From positions 64,001 to 106,005 of the IMG/VR virus record IMGVR_UViG_3300037088_000812: DNA of 42,005 nt; one strand, given 5' to 3'. A program made the position numbers and the translations under genes. The first letter of the stretch is position 1. Every line of letters begins with the position of its first letter. Origin of the DNA: a virus. Positions 26,464-35,353 of the stretch are shown piece after piece. The notes under the pieces are model-generated. The model ran no database searches and was not told the DNA's origin. It saw nothing but the letters and a program-made list of their open reading frames with translations.

Positions 26464-27619
26464 TATATCGGAAAATATCTCTTATTAGTTTTTTATTAAC
26501 TTCACCTTTTGGTCGACCGTCAAGGTCAAAACTATAAGTATGATTATTGTTGTCAAAACTAGCATCTATTTCGTTATAATTAATATCCATATCCACATTA
26601 GAAAAAACATTTGGTAATACAGTAGTAGTTTTATTACCGTCATATTTTACAACACCACAACGTTTTTCGTCCCCCACCGTACCCGCAATATATAAAAAAC
26701 CTTTATGTGTTTCAACATCAATTTCATCATAACTAGCATTCAATATATTTCGATGATGTTTGAAACTAAATAAGTTTTCATCGCCGCTACCCATGGTGAC
26801 TGGCATTAGATGATCGCCTTTGAAAGCTATTGTGTCGTATTGATTAACCTCTTGATAATTAAAAGGTATTATTATATTACCATTGGCATCTACCATGCCC
26901 TGCCTATTGCCTAGTGTTAATATGACATAAAGTTGCTTATCGATTCTAATAGTTTCATATTCATCATTATAATTAGTTGGTAATATCATATTACCAGTTT
27001 TCTTATTATACATTCCAACTTGATCATCTTTGCTTACTATCAATATGTCTTTAGTGAGATGCTCTAACACCTCGTCGTAAGCAACAGATAGAATTTTAAG
27101 TGTTTTTATATCTCTATGTTCAATAGTACCATCATCTTTAATTAACGATAAAGCTTTTGGATGTTCAAGAGTATCGACTTGATCATACTCATCAGGCAAT
27201 ACTTTTTTACCGTTTGTATCACAAACAGTCCACACATCGTCATCGTCTTTTAAGGCAATAAATTTATTAGATATACCCCATGCGCCCCTATACATGAAGT
27301 CTGTTAGATTTTTTCCCTGCGGATTAAATAATGCAAAATTATTATGTTCTTTAGTGACAATCCAATAGTAGTTGCCATGTGTAGCATCTATTTTATATTT
27401 AGGTGGAAGTATCGTCTTTTTGTGGATTTTGTCTCTTAGGCCGTGATTATAATTATCGTTCCAATCATTTCGTTTAGGCCGTTTAAAATCGCTAATGCCA
27501 TATTTATTAGCGTTACCTACATAGACAATTTTCTTTTTCTTCTTCTTTTTAGGCGTAGCGACGGGTACTACAACTTTCTTCTTTTTAGCTTCATCTAAAA
27601 TATCTAGTATAGAATTCAT
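26456..27619 (-). CDS. WG/beta-propeller-like repeat protein with poly-Lys N-terminal region and a C-terminal KKLIRDIFRYIK motif
   Basis: Only long minus-strand ORF. Repeats of the type G.....GK.ILP..Y..V. The C-terminal motif matches the small-protein tandem family. AAGATAAC box 7 nt upstream. Confidence 0.5.
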   Translation of the reverse strand: MNSILDILDEAKKKKVVVPVATPKKKKKKKIVYVGNANKYGISDFKRPKRNDWNDNYNHGLRDKIHKKTILPPKYKIDATHGNYYWIVTKEHNNFALFNPQGKNLTDFMYRGAWGISNKFIALKDDDDVWTVCDTNGKKVLPDEYDQVDTLEHPKALSLIKDDGTIEHRDIKTLKILSVAYDEVLEHLTKDILIVSKDDQVGMYNKKTGNMILPTNYNDEYETIRIDKQLYVILTLGNRQGMVDANGNIIIPFNYQEVNQYDTIAFKGDHLMPVTMGSGDENLFSFKHHRNILNASYDEIDVETHKGFLYIAGTVGDEKRCGVVKYDGNKTTTVLPNVFSNVDMDINYNEIDASFDNNNHTYSFDLDGRPKGEVNKKLIRDIFRYIK

Positions 27620-27641
27620 TTATAGTTATCTTTTGTACATT

Positions 27642-27649
27642 AAGATAAT
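27642..27649 (+). promoter_or_regulatory. AAGATAAT box 3 nt upstream of ATG 27653. The complementary-strand AAGATAAC (27625-27632) serves the divergent minus gene
   Basis: 33-nt divergent intergenic region carries one box per strand. Confidence 0.45.
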
Positions 27650-27652
27650 TTT

Positions 27653-28237
27653 ATGAAGAAGAAAATTAAACGACCGCAAACTAAAGAACAAAGGAAATTT
27701 GAGCGGGAAAAGAGAAACGCCCGTTACGGCAAACACTGGGATGAAATAAGACAATATGTTTACCAGCGTGATGGATTTATGTGCAGAGCGTGTGGAAAGG
27801 GCGTACCAGAAGTAAAGAAACTCAATGCCCATCATATACTTTTACTTAGAGTAAGTCAGACAAACGATATAAGAAACTTAGTTACGCTCTGCGACGAATG
27901 TCATAAAATAATAGAAACTAAAGCTCTTAATTTACTTAAGGCTGGCGGGCATAGATTTGAAGTTTTTAGAATGACGCACAGATATTTATATGAGTGTAAA
28001 TTAAAAAGACAACAAGCTCTGTTAGAAGAATTAAATAAAAAACATGGCGAGCCGAAGCCCGCCATAGAGTTAGATTATAAACCTAATGTTGCAGTTGTCG
28101 TAGATGGTCCTGATAGCTTAGGTGCAACCGCTGGTGCCGCTACTGGTGCTGGTGTCGCTGGGACTACCGGTGCTGGTACCGCTACTGGTGCTGGTGCCGC
28201 TACTGGTGCTGGTGGGACTACCGGTGCCGCGGGCTGA
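27653..28237 (+). CDS. HNH endonuclease with low-complexity Gly/Ala/Thr C-terminal tail
   Basis: CRACGK...NAHHILLLRVSQTNDIRNLVTLCDECH is an HNH motif. The tail is encoded by 9/18-nt tandem repeats and overlaps the convergent minus gene. Confidence 0.7.
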   Translation: MKKKIKRPQTKEQRKFEREKRNARYGKHWDEIRQYVYQRDGFMCRACGKGVPEVKKLNAHHILLLRVSQTNDIRNLVTLCDECHKIIETKALNLLKAGGHRFEVFRMTHRYLYECKLKRQQALLEELNKKHGEPKPAIELDYKPNVAVVVDGPDSLGATAGAATGAGVAGTTGAGTATGAGAATGAGGTTGAAG

Positions 28238-28425
28238 ATCGGTGCTACGACCTTTGGCTTTGAAGTAGCAATCACTTCTTGTATCGCAGCCTTAGCTCTG
28301 ACTTCTAATTCTTTAGCCATAGACTCTAATTTAACCTCAAGTTCCTTGGCTTTATTTTCTAGATTTTTAACATAGGCCTCAAGCTCAACCTCGTTAAAAA
28401 TCTTTCCACTAACGCTAATATTCAT
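28075..28425 (-). CDS. Coiled-coil protein with Pro/Ala/Val-rich (PAPV) repeat linker
   Basis: GGAGG RBS 5 nt before the ATG on the minus strand. AAGATAAT box (plus-strand coordinates 28443-28450) upstream. Confidence 0.5.
   Translation of the reverse strand: MNISVSGKIFNEVELEAYVKNLENKAKELEVKLESMAKELEVRAKAAIQEVIATSKPKVVAPIQPAAPVVPPAPVAAPAPVAVPAPVVPATPAPVAAPAVAPKLSGPSTTTATLGL
28121..28233. repeat. Tandem 9/18-nt repeat (ACTGGTGCTGGTGCCGCT-like) in the convergent overlap of the HNH gene and minus gene 28075-28425
   Basis: Direct reading: at least 6 imperfect units. Encodes (GA/T)n on + and (PAPVA)n on -. Confidence 0.8.
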
Positions 28426-28442
28426 ATTTACCTCCGTATTTA

Positions 28443-28450
28443 ATTATCTT
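28443..28450 (-). promoter_or_regulatory. AAGATAAT box (minus strand), about 18 nt upstream of minus gene start 28425
   Basis: The reverse complement of ATTATCTT reads AAGATAAT. Confidence 0.4.
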
Positions 28451-28470
28451 TCTTATTCTGCCCTAAACAA

Positions 28471-28478
28471 AAGATAAT
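28471..28478 (+). promoter_or_regulatory. AAGATAAT box 3 nt upstream of ATG 28482
   Basis: No SD between box and start. Confidence 0.45.
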
Positions 28479-28481
28479 AGT

Positions 28482-29075
28482 ATGAACTCTTTATATCAAG
28501 CTGTGCTAAATAAGATACGTAGAATTCCAAAGGTGCTACCGCCCATAAGATCTATTATAGCCCCTAAACCGCTAGCAACAGCAATTCCTTTTGCAATGGG
28601 ACGTATATATCAATGTATATATAGAAACTATAAACATGATCCAAGACCAGTTATTTTTGTCTTAGCTAGCAATGCGTTTTATACGCATGGTTTGAATCTG
28701 CACTATTTGGGTGGAATGACAGGTACGTTATTCCAAATCATTATGGACTTACGCCGTAGCAACAGACCGCTAACCGGAATGATCATTTACAAATACATAA
28801 AGATGAGAGCTCCAGCTATACCGAAAATAGCATATAGAGTTTATTTTACCAAATACTTAGCTGGCAAATTAGTATCAGATGGCGTAAGTCAAATACCTAT
28901 GCCTGGCAAAAATAAGTTCGTAGTAGAACCTATGGTTAGAGCTCTAAATCAGATGATGAGACCTAAAATAATTAATCCATATAGAATGACGCAAAATGAA
29001 ATAGATAATCTAAAAACTAACATGGATAGAGCTGTGATATCGGCTGACCAGACTATAATAGGTAGGAAGCGATAA
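28482..29075 (+). CDS. hypothetical protein
   Basis: 197-aa ORF immediately after the box. Confidence 0.5.
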   Translation: MNSLYQAVLNKIRRIPKVLPPIRSIIAPKPLATAIPFAMGRIYQCIYRNYKHDPRPVIFVLASNAFYTHGLNLHYLGGMTGTLFQIIMDLRRSNRPLTGMIIYKYIKMRAPAIPKIAYRVYFTKYLAGKLVSDGVSQIPMPGKNKFVVEPMVRALNQMMRPKIINPYRMTQNEIDNLKTNMDRAVISADQTIIGRKR

Positions 29076-29076
29076 A

Positions 29077-29325
29077 TTGAAAATCATAATTGGTAAATGG
29101 TTCAAAGAGGAATCGTATTATTTCTATGCGATTAACAAAAATGAACACATTGTTATAAGCTTTAATTATAATGCAGTTGAATTATATAAAACTGGAGAAT
29201 TAGTATTAGGTCAAAAATTACCTCCTTTTATCAAAGAAGTTGAACCAATCCAATCTAATAAATTAAACATCATTTTAATAACAGGCATATTCACTAAACT
29301 AAAAGATGAAAGGTCTAAAGGATAA
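29077..29325 (+). CDS. hypothetical protein (TTG start in track)
   Basis: ORF; weak start evidence. Confidence 0.3.
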   Translation: MKIIIGKWFKEESYYFYAINKNEHIVISFNYNAVELYKTGELVLGQKLPPFIKEVEPIQSNKLNIILITGIFTKLKDERSKG

Positions 29326-29334
29326 GTTAATAAT

Positions 29335-31176
29335 ATGGCAACAAAGCCCAAGCCCTATACACCATTTCCATATTATCAATTAGGTGAACCGTTAACACCC
29401 TACCTTTCGTTAATTTTTAGAGGTAGTCCAAGTTTTGCATATACGTTTCCTAATCAACAAAATAGAATATATGTAGATAGAGCTACGTTCTCAGTTTTAG
29501 ATGATCAGGGCTATTCGACAGCTAGTATATCGCTAGCAGATCCAGATTTTGTAAATCTAGAAGCGCTATTCTTAAAAGCCTTATTTTTAGCCAACTCTTT
29601 AACAATAGAAGAGGGTAACTGGTATTGTTCAGCGCAATGGGGTTGGAACTCTTATGGAGCAGCAGATATTTATCATACGGGAAATAGCGGTCGCCATTTT
29701 TACATGCTGAAAAATTTGACATATGATTTGACAGATATCGAGCTTAGAGTCACAATAGATTTAATGGATATTGGTTATGCTACATTTGGCACTACAGATC
29801 AATCAGGTACTAAAGGCGTTGTTGTAGGTTTATTAACACAAGGATCAGGCTTTAGTCAATATAACTCAAGTAACCAATCCCTTATTAATGGTGGAGTTGA
29901 AAAATCACTTGATTCAGTTTTTAAGCCTGTAGCAGATTCATTAAACGCAGGAGTCCAGAAAGATGATGTCCCAGCTACAGCGACAGCCACTGGCTCTGGC
30001 GTTTCCATAGATTTTAAGCCGGCGACGCCTACCTCTAGTACATCGCCCGGAACTTCTCCCACTTATACAAACGTAGTAACAGGTAAGACATATTGGGAAA
30101 TCATACAAATAGTATTAGCAGCACATAATATAAAAGCTATAGCTAGATTACGCAACCAAGAAATCGTACCTAAGGATGGGCCCCCTGGTGGCTCGGGTGA
30201 TGCAACTCCGACACTTGCCCAAAGTGAAAGCACTAGAAATACTAGCGGCGTAATTGGTCAATATTCAATACCAGCAGATTCTAGTCTTAAAGATACAATA
30301 GAAACTCTTAAGACCCACATACCTCCAATAAATGCAAGTCCCGGTCAATCTGGAAAACACTGGGACATATTAGCAGGTGGTGTTACAGATGCAGTCCACG
30401 ATGAAGCTAAACAGAATATGGTATGGGGTTGGAAGGTTGACCCACCAAAAGGAGATACCGATAATCAAACTACAGTTGGCTCAGATACTACGCCGCCACT
30501 TTCTGATAACTATAGATTAGCAAGAACCTTTGTTTATAGGCCAGGATATAAAGGTCAAATTGCTAGAGGTGAAACGCAAATACTTTCATTAAAGTATGAC
30601 TGGACCTCAAGGGGATATTTGGGCGTAGGCTTACCAGCAGTTTTTGGAATAACCAAAGATCAATTCGGACAGTTTCATGTATACACTACTAACGAAGACT
30701 TTGTTAAAAGAAATCCAAACGAAACAGATTTATTAGCTGGAGCTAAATCATCACAACCGGGCGTTAATTCGTTTAGCTTCAATCAAATACAAAAACTAAC
30801 TGGTATCCAAGTACACTTTAATTTCGATAGTTCTACTATGACCAATGATACTATTTCTGCAAATGCTAATGCTATCATTATAAACGTATGGAACTACTTC
30901 TTACACGAGATTGTAACTATTCAGATAGAAATATTGGGCGATCCGTGGTTGGACAATACGCTATTCTTATCAGACGGAACTGTGGCGGATAATAATTTTT
31001 TTGTAGATCCGTTTAATTCTTATTTCCAAATTACTATTTTCAAGCCTGGTGAAGGTACTTCATACAACGTCACTAACCCGATACTCTCTGGCCAATATCT
31101 TTGCCTTAAAGGAATAAGGCACGACATCAGCGAGGGTGAATACATGACTCATCTTGAGTTAATGAAGCCTTTCTAA
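29335..31176 (+). CDS. Large hypothetical protein (613 aa), probable virion structural component
   Basis: Longest ORF in the window, in the late-region context. No recognisable catalytic motifs. Confidence 0.5.
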   Translation: MATKPKPYTPFPYYQLGEPLTPYLSLIFRGSPSFAYTFPNQQNRIYVDRATFSVLDDQGYSTASISLADPDFVNLEALFLKALFLANSLTIEEGNWYCSAQWGWNSYGAADIYHTGNSGRHFYMLKNLTYDLTDIELRVTIDLMDIGYATFGTTDQSGTKGVVVGLLTQGSGFSQYNSSNQSLINGGVEKSLDSVFKPVADSLNAGVQKDDVPATATATGSGVSIDFKPATPTSSTSPGTSPTYTNVVTGKTYWEIIQIVLAAHNIKAIARLRNQEIVPKDGPPGGSGDATPTLAQSESTRNTSGVIGQYSIPADSSLKDTIETLKTHIPPINASPGQSGKHWDILAGGVTDAVHDEAKQNMVWGWKVDPPKGDTDNQTTVGSDTTPPLSDNYRLARTFVYRPGYKGQIARGETQILSLKYDWTSRGYLGVGLPAVFGITKDQFGQFHVYTTNEDFVKRNPNETDLLAGAKSSQPGVNSFSFNQIQKLTGIQVHFNFDSSTMTNDTISANANAIIINVWNYFLHEIVTIQIEILGDPWLDNTLFLSDGTVADNNFFVDPFNSYFQITIFKPGEGTSYNVTNPILSGQYLCLKGIRHDISEGEYMTHLELMKPF

Positions 31177-31206
31177 ACTACATATAAATATTTATACATT
31201 AATCGA

Positions 31207-31214
31207 AAGATAAT
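31207..31214 (+). promoter_or_regulatory. AAGATAAT box (CGAAAGATAATCTC) 22 nt upstream of ATG 31236, with GAAGGAGG RBS between
   Basis: Same 14-mer as at 4601-4614. Confidence 0.45.
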
Positions 31215-31235
31215 CTCCCGAAGGAGGTTACCTAA

Positions 31236-31664
31236 ATGAAGTACCTATTTTTTACAAGTGTTTTCTTTCTTTTAGTTAGTGTGGCGGTCTTCGCACAGAA
31301 GATCGCAAAGGAATATCAAGGTACTTGGTATATAAATAATATGTCTACAGATGGCGGACAATCATATAGTGAATTTGATACCCCTAAGATAGCAGAGGTA
31401 GATTCAGATAAGATAATATTAGGTGAAGGTGATAAGCAAGTCACGTTAAATATAGAAAGCGTAGATAAGAGAGTAAATGAAGATGGAATTACCGCTTATT
31501 TAATATTGTTCAAAGAGGATAATGAAGCTTTCATAGTAATGACAGACGGTCATGATTATATGTTGGTAATAGCAGATAAGAACACTCACGTCGAAGCTAT
31601 AAGATGTAATATAACTAGAAATATGCCGTCGTTTAATGTGCCAAAGGTGGCAGACGGAGTTTAA
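31236..31664 (+). CDS. Secreted protein (cleavable signal-peptide-like N-terminus MKYLFFTSVFFLLVSVAVFAQ)
   Basis: Strong RBS; N-terminal signal peptide pattern. Confidence 0.55.
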   Translation: MKYLFFTSVFFLLVSVAVFAQKIAKEYQGTWYINNMSTDGGQSYSEFDTPKIAEVDSDKIILGEGDKQVTLNIESVDKRVNEDGITAYLILFKEDNEAFIVMTDGHDYMLVIADKNTHVEAIRCNITRNMPSFNVPKVADGV

Positions 31665-31673
31665 GAGGATTAC

Positions 31674-31943
31674 TTGAAGTTTAAAAAGGGCGACGTAATA
31701 TTTTACAAAAATAAGAAGTACAAAGGTATTGCTTGGAATTGGATTAGAAGAGTTCAAGGCGATTTTGCTTGGCTATCTTTTTCGATTAATTGGATATATG
31801 ACTTTAATTCAATGGTTGTCAATTATGATCCAACTTTACCTCTATCGGTTGTGAGCGTACAAATAGCAACAACTAATAATAAGAGAAAATTGATTAAAGC
31901 AATATTAGAGATAGAACGTATAAATGTGAAAAAGAAAAATTAG
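31674..31943 (+). CDS. hypothetical protein
   Basis: ORF in the gene train. Confidence 0.4.
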   Translation: MKFKKGDVIFYKNKKYKGIAWNWIRRVQGDFAWLSFSINWIYDFNSMVVNYDPTLPLSVVSVQIATTNNKRKLIKAILEIERINVKKKN

Positions 31944-31956
31944 AGAGATAAGAAAT

Positions 31957-31982
31957 AAAGGGCGAGGATTAACTCGCCCTTT
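31957..31982. terminator. Bidirectional hairpin terminator (AAAGGGCGAG-gattaa-CTCGCCCTTT) between convergent genes
   Basis: 10-bp stem flanked by A-rich sequence on the 5' side and T-rich sequence on the 3' side. Confidence 0.6.
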
Positions 31983-32019
31983 ATTGTGTGTTGTGTGTTA
32001 TTATCTATGACCGCCGTTA

Positions 32020-32330
32020 TGGCCGCCACTGTTGCCACCGTTATGGCCGCCACCGTTATGACCACTGCCACCTGGTGCTACAGCCATTTCCACTGTTTCC
32101 GCCGCCGTTATGACCACTGTTTCCGCCGCCGTTATGACCACTGTTTCCGCCGCCGTTATGACCGCCATCACAAGGAGGATGCGGTGGAGGACAAGGTGGC
32201 TTTGGCGGAGGACAAGGAGGTTTTGGTGGAGGACATGGAGGAGGTTTTGGTGGAGGACATGGAGGTGGACCTGGAGGAGGTGTTGGCCCAGGAGGCGTTG
32301 GAGTAGGACCGGGTCCTGGATTATGTCCTC
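32020..32330. repeat. Tandem nucleotide repeats (3 x 24 nt at 32091-32162, plus GGAGGACAAGG/TGG..TTTGG units 32170-32300)
   Basis: Direct reading of exact 24-nt units CACTGTTTCCGCCGCCGTTATGAC. Confidence 0.85.
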
Positions 32331-32526
32331 CCGTATTAATGATTGTTAAATCACTATTACATGGCCATGGCGTACATGGAACGCATGGGATATATGGAGG
32401 CCATATAATAAGAGGTATACTAATTTCTGCTACCCCACTATCCAGCTTCTTAGTATCTACCTTAGATTTATCAGAAGAAGTTATAATAGTTTTCTTCTCA
32501 ATGACAATAGTTTTCTTCACTATCAC
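32056..32526 (-). CDS. Pro-rich repeat protein (PPCPPPKPP repeats; GHNGGGNS x3 C-terminal repeats)
   Basis: GTG start in the track. Encoded by tandem nucleotide repeats. The open frame continues upstream to 32709 and there encodes a lipobox-like signal (IIRAILFGLLAVLVGC) without a canonical start. Confidence 0.45.
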   Translation of the reverse strand: MIVKKTIVIEKKTIITSSDKSKVDTKKLDSGVAEISIPLIIWPPYIPCVPCTPWPCNSDLTIINTGGHNPGPGPTPTPPGPTPPPGPPPCPPPKPPPCPPPKPPCPPPKPPCPPPHPPCDGGHNGGGNSGHNGGGNSGHNGGGNSGNGCSTRWQWS

Positions 32527-32802
32527 CTTATCAGCTTCTACTACTTTATTACAATGTCGCTGATAAATACCTACGTCATTACCAGAGGTAGATTCTTTCT
32601 TGCAACAATAGTAGTTATAATAATAATTATTGGTCGTTGTGACTGGGTTATAACAACCAACTAGGACTGCTAAGAGTCCAAATAATATAGCCCTGATGAT
32701 TACATTTATTTACTCGCATATTTAAATTGGCATAAATTGGTTAGCTTTTCTTATGAGAATAATTTAAGTTCATCAGCGACATCGCTCTTTGTTTCTTTAA
32801 GG

Positions 32803-32817
32803 TTATCTTAAGATAAT
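32803..32817. promoter_or_regulatory. Palindromic double box TTATCTTAAGATAAT between divergent genes (minus Pro-rich gene and plus glycosyltransferase)
   Basis: Perfect 14-nt palindrome (32803-32816) containing AAGATAA on both strands. Confidence 0.45.
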
Positions 32818-32951
32818 ACTAATAGAACTCTTGTGGTTAATTGTAAATGAACAAGAAAAATGTAAACGAGGTAAAAATGAAAAAAGTCTTAATACTTAAA
32901 TGGCAATTCCACTTTTGTGGGTTAATACATTATAAATATAAAGGAGGTCCA

Positions 32952-34022
32952 ATGAGCGCTATTAAGATTCTATTTATAGTTAAGAAACGTGAAGGTAACA
33001 TGATCTGGCATAACGATGACTACGGCTATACCCATCCATCATCTGGTCTTTTAAATTCTGTTGAGATGCTTTCAGCTATGCTAACAGCAGCTGGAGTGGA
33101 CAACAAAGTAGTTGAGGTTGTTGACAACAACAGTATAGACAAAGAAGTTCATGATTATAGACCTGATATTGTAATCATAGAAGCATTATGGGTAGTACCT
33201 GAAAAGTTCCCTATATTGATAAAACTACACCCAAGAGTAAAGTGGATTGTACGCTTACATAGTAATACGCCGTTCTTAGCAAACGAAGGAATTGCGTTTG
33301 AGTGGATATTTAAATATCTGCAACTATCACAAATGTATGTTGCGGCCAATAACAGTAAAATATATCAAGAACTCAAAAATTTAGTACCTGACCAAATACA
33401 CGCAAAGCACATATTATATCTACCAAATCATTACACTATCACTGAGTCTACAACTACTAAAACAACAGACGCAAATAATGTAGTAAGAATTGGTTGCTTT
33501 GGTGCTATAAGACCATTGAAGAATCAACTGATACAAGCTGTAGCGGCAATTGACTTTGCTAACGATATGGGATTAACTTTGAAGTTTTATATAAACGCTA
33601 CGCGTGAAGAATTAGGCGGCGGCTCTGTACTAAAAAACTTAAGATCACTATTTGCTAATACGCCGCACCAATTAGTTGAAGTGCCTTGGTTAAGTCATGC
33701 TAATTTCCTTATCTATTTAAAACAAAATATAGATATCGGAATGCAAGTCAGTTTCACTGAGACGTTCAATATAGTAACCGCAGATTATGTAAGCCAAGAT
33801 ATTCCAGTTGTAACTTCAAGCGAAGTTGAACATGTATCTAGTATATTTAAAACTGATACCACTGATGCAGAGAAAATAGCTTCAAAATTGAAATTTGTTT
33901 ACTTTGCAAGATTTAGCAATGCCCACAGCGTCAATAAGTATTTACTGACCAAAAATAATAAAGCAGCTCAAAAGGTGTGGTTTAAAATTCTAGACAGTTT
34001 TGAGCAATCAATGCAATTCTAA
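32952..34022 (+). CDS. GT-B fold glycosyltransferase (GT4-like)
   Basis: AGGAGG RBS 4 nt before ATG 32952; the track ORF starts upstream at 32847. Rossmann-like N-terminal domain (KILFIVKK...PDIVIIE). C-terminal domain carries RIGCFGAIRPLKN and ETFNIVTADYVSQDIPVVTS, matching the GT-B E-x7-E-like donor-binding block. Confidence 0.6.
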   Translation: MSAIKILFIVKKREGNMIWHNDDYGYTHPSSGLLNSVEMLSAMLTAAGVDNKVVEVVDNNSIDKEVHDYRPDIVIIEALWVVPEKFPILIKLHPRVKWIVRLHSNTPFLANEGIAFEWIFKYLQLSQMYVAANNSKIYQELKNLVPDQIHAKHILYLPNHYTITESTTTKTTDANNVVRIGCFGAIRPLKNQLIQAVAAIDFANDMGLTLKFYINATREELGGGSVLKNLRSLFANTPHQLVEVPWLSHANFLIYLKQNIDIGMQVSFTETFNIVTADYVSQDIPVVTSSEVEHVSSIFKTDTTDAEKIASKLKFVYFARFSNAHSVNKYLLTKNNKAAQKVWFKILDSFEQSMQF

Positions 34023-34039
34023 TTTTAAACAAGAATTAG

Positions 34040-34068
34040 GTGGCCGAGTATGAATCTCTCGGCCACCC
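34040..34068 (+). terminator. Hairpin terminator candidate (GGTGGCCGAG-tatgaatct-CTCGGCCACC)
   Basis: 10-bp GC-rich stem after the glycosyltransferase stop; weak T-tract. Confidence 0.45.
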
Positions 34069-34087
34069 TTATCTATAATCCAACTAC

Positions 34088-34095
34088 AAGATAAT
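34088..34095 (+). promoter_or_regulatory. AAGATAAT box 5 nt upstream of ATG 34101
   Basis: No SD between box and start. Confidence 0.45.
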
Positions 34096-34100
34096 TCATA

Positions 34101-34313
34101 ATGAAACAACCAGTAAGCTTGCGGCATAGCGCGATCAGAACTATCTTCAAAAGGATGGGCTCGCAGCTAGATATAAAAATGGTGCCGATTGATGATAGTG
34201 GACAAAAGTGGTTTCACGTACATTACTTTAATGGTGAAATCCTTTTATCTGTTCACAGCAAATTAGAACAATACTACGCAACTGATTTGATGAGGAAGTT
34301 TAGAGTAAAATGA
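34101..34313 (+). CDS. hypothetical protein
   Basis: ORF immediately after the box. Confidence 0.4.
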   Translation: MKQPVSLRHSAIRTIFKRMGSQLDIKMVPIDDSGQKWFHVHYFNGEILLSVHSKLEQYYATDLMRKFRVK

Positions 34314-34459
34314 AATTGTTCTTTTCCAAACAACATGATGTATATGAATTCGGTTCTGGCCCAGATAGTGTTACTACTCTTGCTTTAGTTATAGTTTATC
34401 AGTTGCCTGATCTCAAGAAATTTAGAATAATATATCACGCTAACCAGGCTGGAGAATAG
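34310..34459 (+). CDS. hypothetical small protein (49 aa)
   Basis: ATGA overlap with upstream gene; below the track size cut-off. Confidence 0.25.
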   Translation: MKLFFSKQHDVYEFGSGPDSVTTLALVIVYQLPDLKKFRIIYHANQAGE

Positions 34460-34764
34460 ATAAAAAAGCTAAAGAAGCTAACAACCACGATTTGATATCT
34501 ATTATATTTAAAGCAATGTCTATAAAGAAGAGCGACACATGATTCGCGCATATACTTATAATATTTCTCAGGGTGGCCGAGGCTACGGAGTCGCACTAAA
34601 CAATGAAAGCTATTATGTTGTTTTAGACCACTCAGGTAAGAGAAGTAGTTGGGGACATTTTTTAGAAAAATAAAAGAAACACAAGCTACATTTTATGAAC
34701 CTGGTGAAAGCAATGGAATACCTATTGCAGCCCGTCGTTTTATGGTAGGGCGAATTTTCAAAGG

Positions 34765-35313
34765 CTAAGCAGCAAAACTCTTTCTTCGAATCAAGTCAAC
34801 CACTTCCAAGGTTATACTGCCAATAATGAGAATCGTTGCAAGAGTTGTGAAAGTTGGCGAAAGCGGAATGAAGATAGCTATGAGTCCTACGCCAAAGCCC
34901 AAGACATCTAGCCATCTTGGAATAAGACTCTTGTATGGTTTTTTCGTGATTTGAAGCTTTGAAATGCGAGGTTGACGATATTCATACGCCTGGCCATTGG
35001 GGTGCCTTTCCCGTTCTCGCTGTGCTTCTTCGACAAGATTTTTTGTTTCTAATTCTTCAAGCGTCAAAGGCTTGGGTTGATGAGCTCGTTTGTATGACAG
35101 CACTTCAGCTTGTATTTCAGTTTCTTCTTGTTCTCGCTGTTCTCTAATTTTTATATACTGTTCTCGGGCTTGGCGTTTTTCTTCAGCAATCCTCTCTTCG
35201 GTGATTTGGTTCAGGCGCTGTCTTTCAATTTCAACGGGTGTTGGCCCAGACATAGCACTTCCAGCTATGACACCAATCCCGAAGCTTTTCCAGTCAAACC
35301 CTTTCTTATCCAT
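34765..35313 (-). CDS. Membrane protein with charged coiled-coil segment and two C-terminal TM helices
   Basis: Minus-strand ORF. Hydrophobic segments LDVLGFGVGLIAIFIPL and LATILIIGSITL. Confidence 0.45.
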   Translation of the reverse strand: MDKKGFDWKSFGIGVIAGSAMSGPTPVEIERQRLNQITEERIAEEKRQAREQYIKIREQREQEETEIQAEVLSYKRAHQPKPLTLEELETKNLVEEAQRERERHPNGQAYEYRQPRISKLQITKKPYKSLIPRWLDVLGFGVGLIAIFIPLSPTFTTLATILIIGSITLEVVDLIRRKSFAA

Positions 35314-35342
35314 ACCTAAGTATATATCATAGTCGAAAGTAT

Positions 35343-35350
35343 AAGATAAA
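35343..35350 (+). promoter_or_regulatory. AAGATAAA variant box 3 nt upstream of ATG 35354 (first gene of the tandem array)
   Basis: CGAAAGTATAAGATAAACTTATG. Confidence 0.35.
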
Positions 35351-35353
35351 CTT

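Noticed and set aside
32020-32330. Possible CRISPR array because of obvious tandem repeats
   Set aside because: The repeat units (24 nt x3; 21-24 nt x4) are contiguous with no unique spacers and are translated as peptide repeats. This is a coding minisatellite, not CRISPR. No cas-like gene is present.
31986-32563. Plus-strand ORFs 31986-32306, 32110-32349 and 32339-32563 over the tandem-repeat region
   Set aside because: They lie antisense to the better-supported minus-strand Pro-rich gene. They start right after the bidirectional terminator with no RBS and encode repeat-driven low-complexity (poly A/T/V/M, RRRYDHCF x3). They are most likely shadow ORFs.
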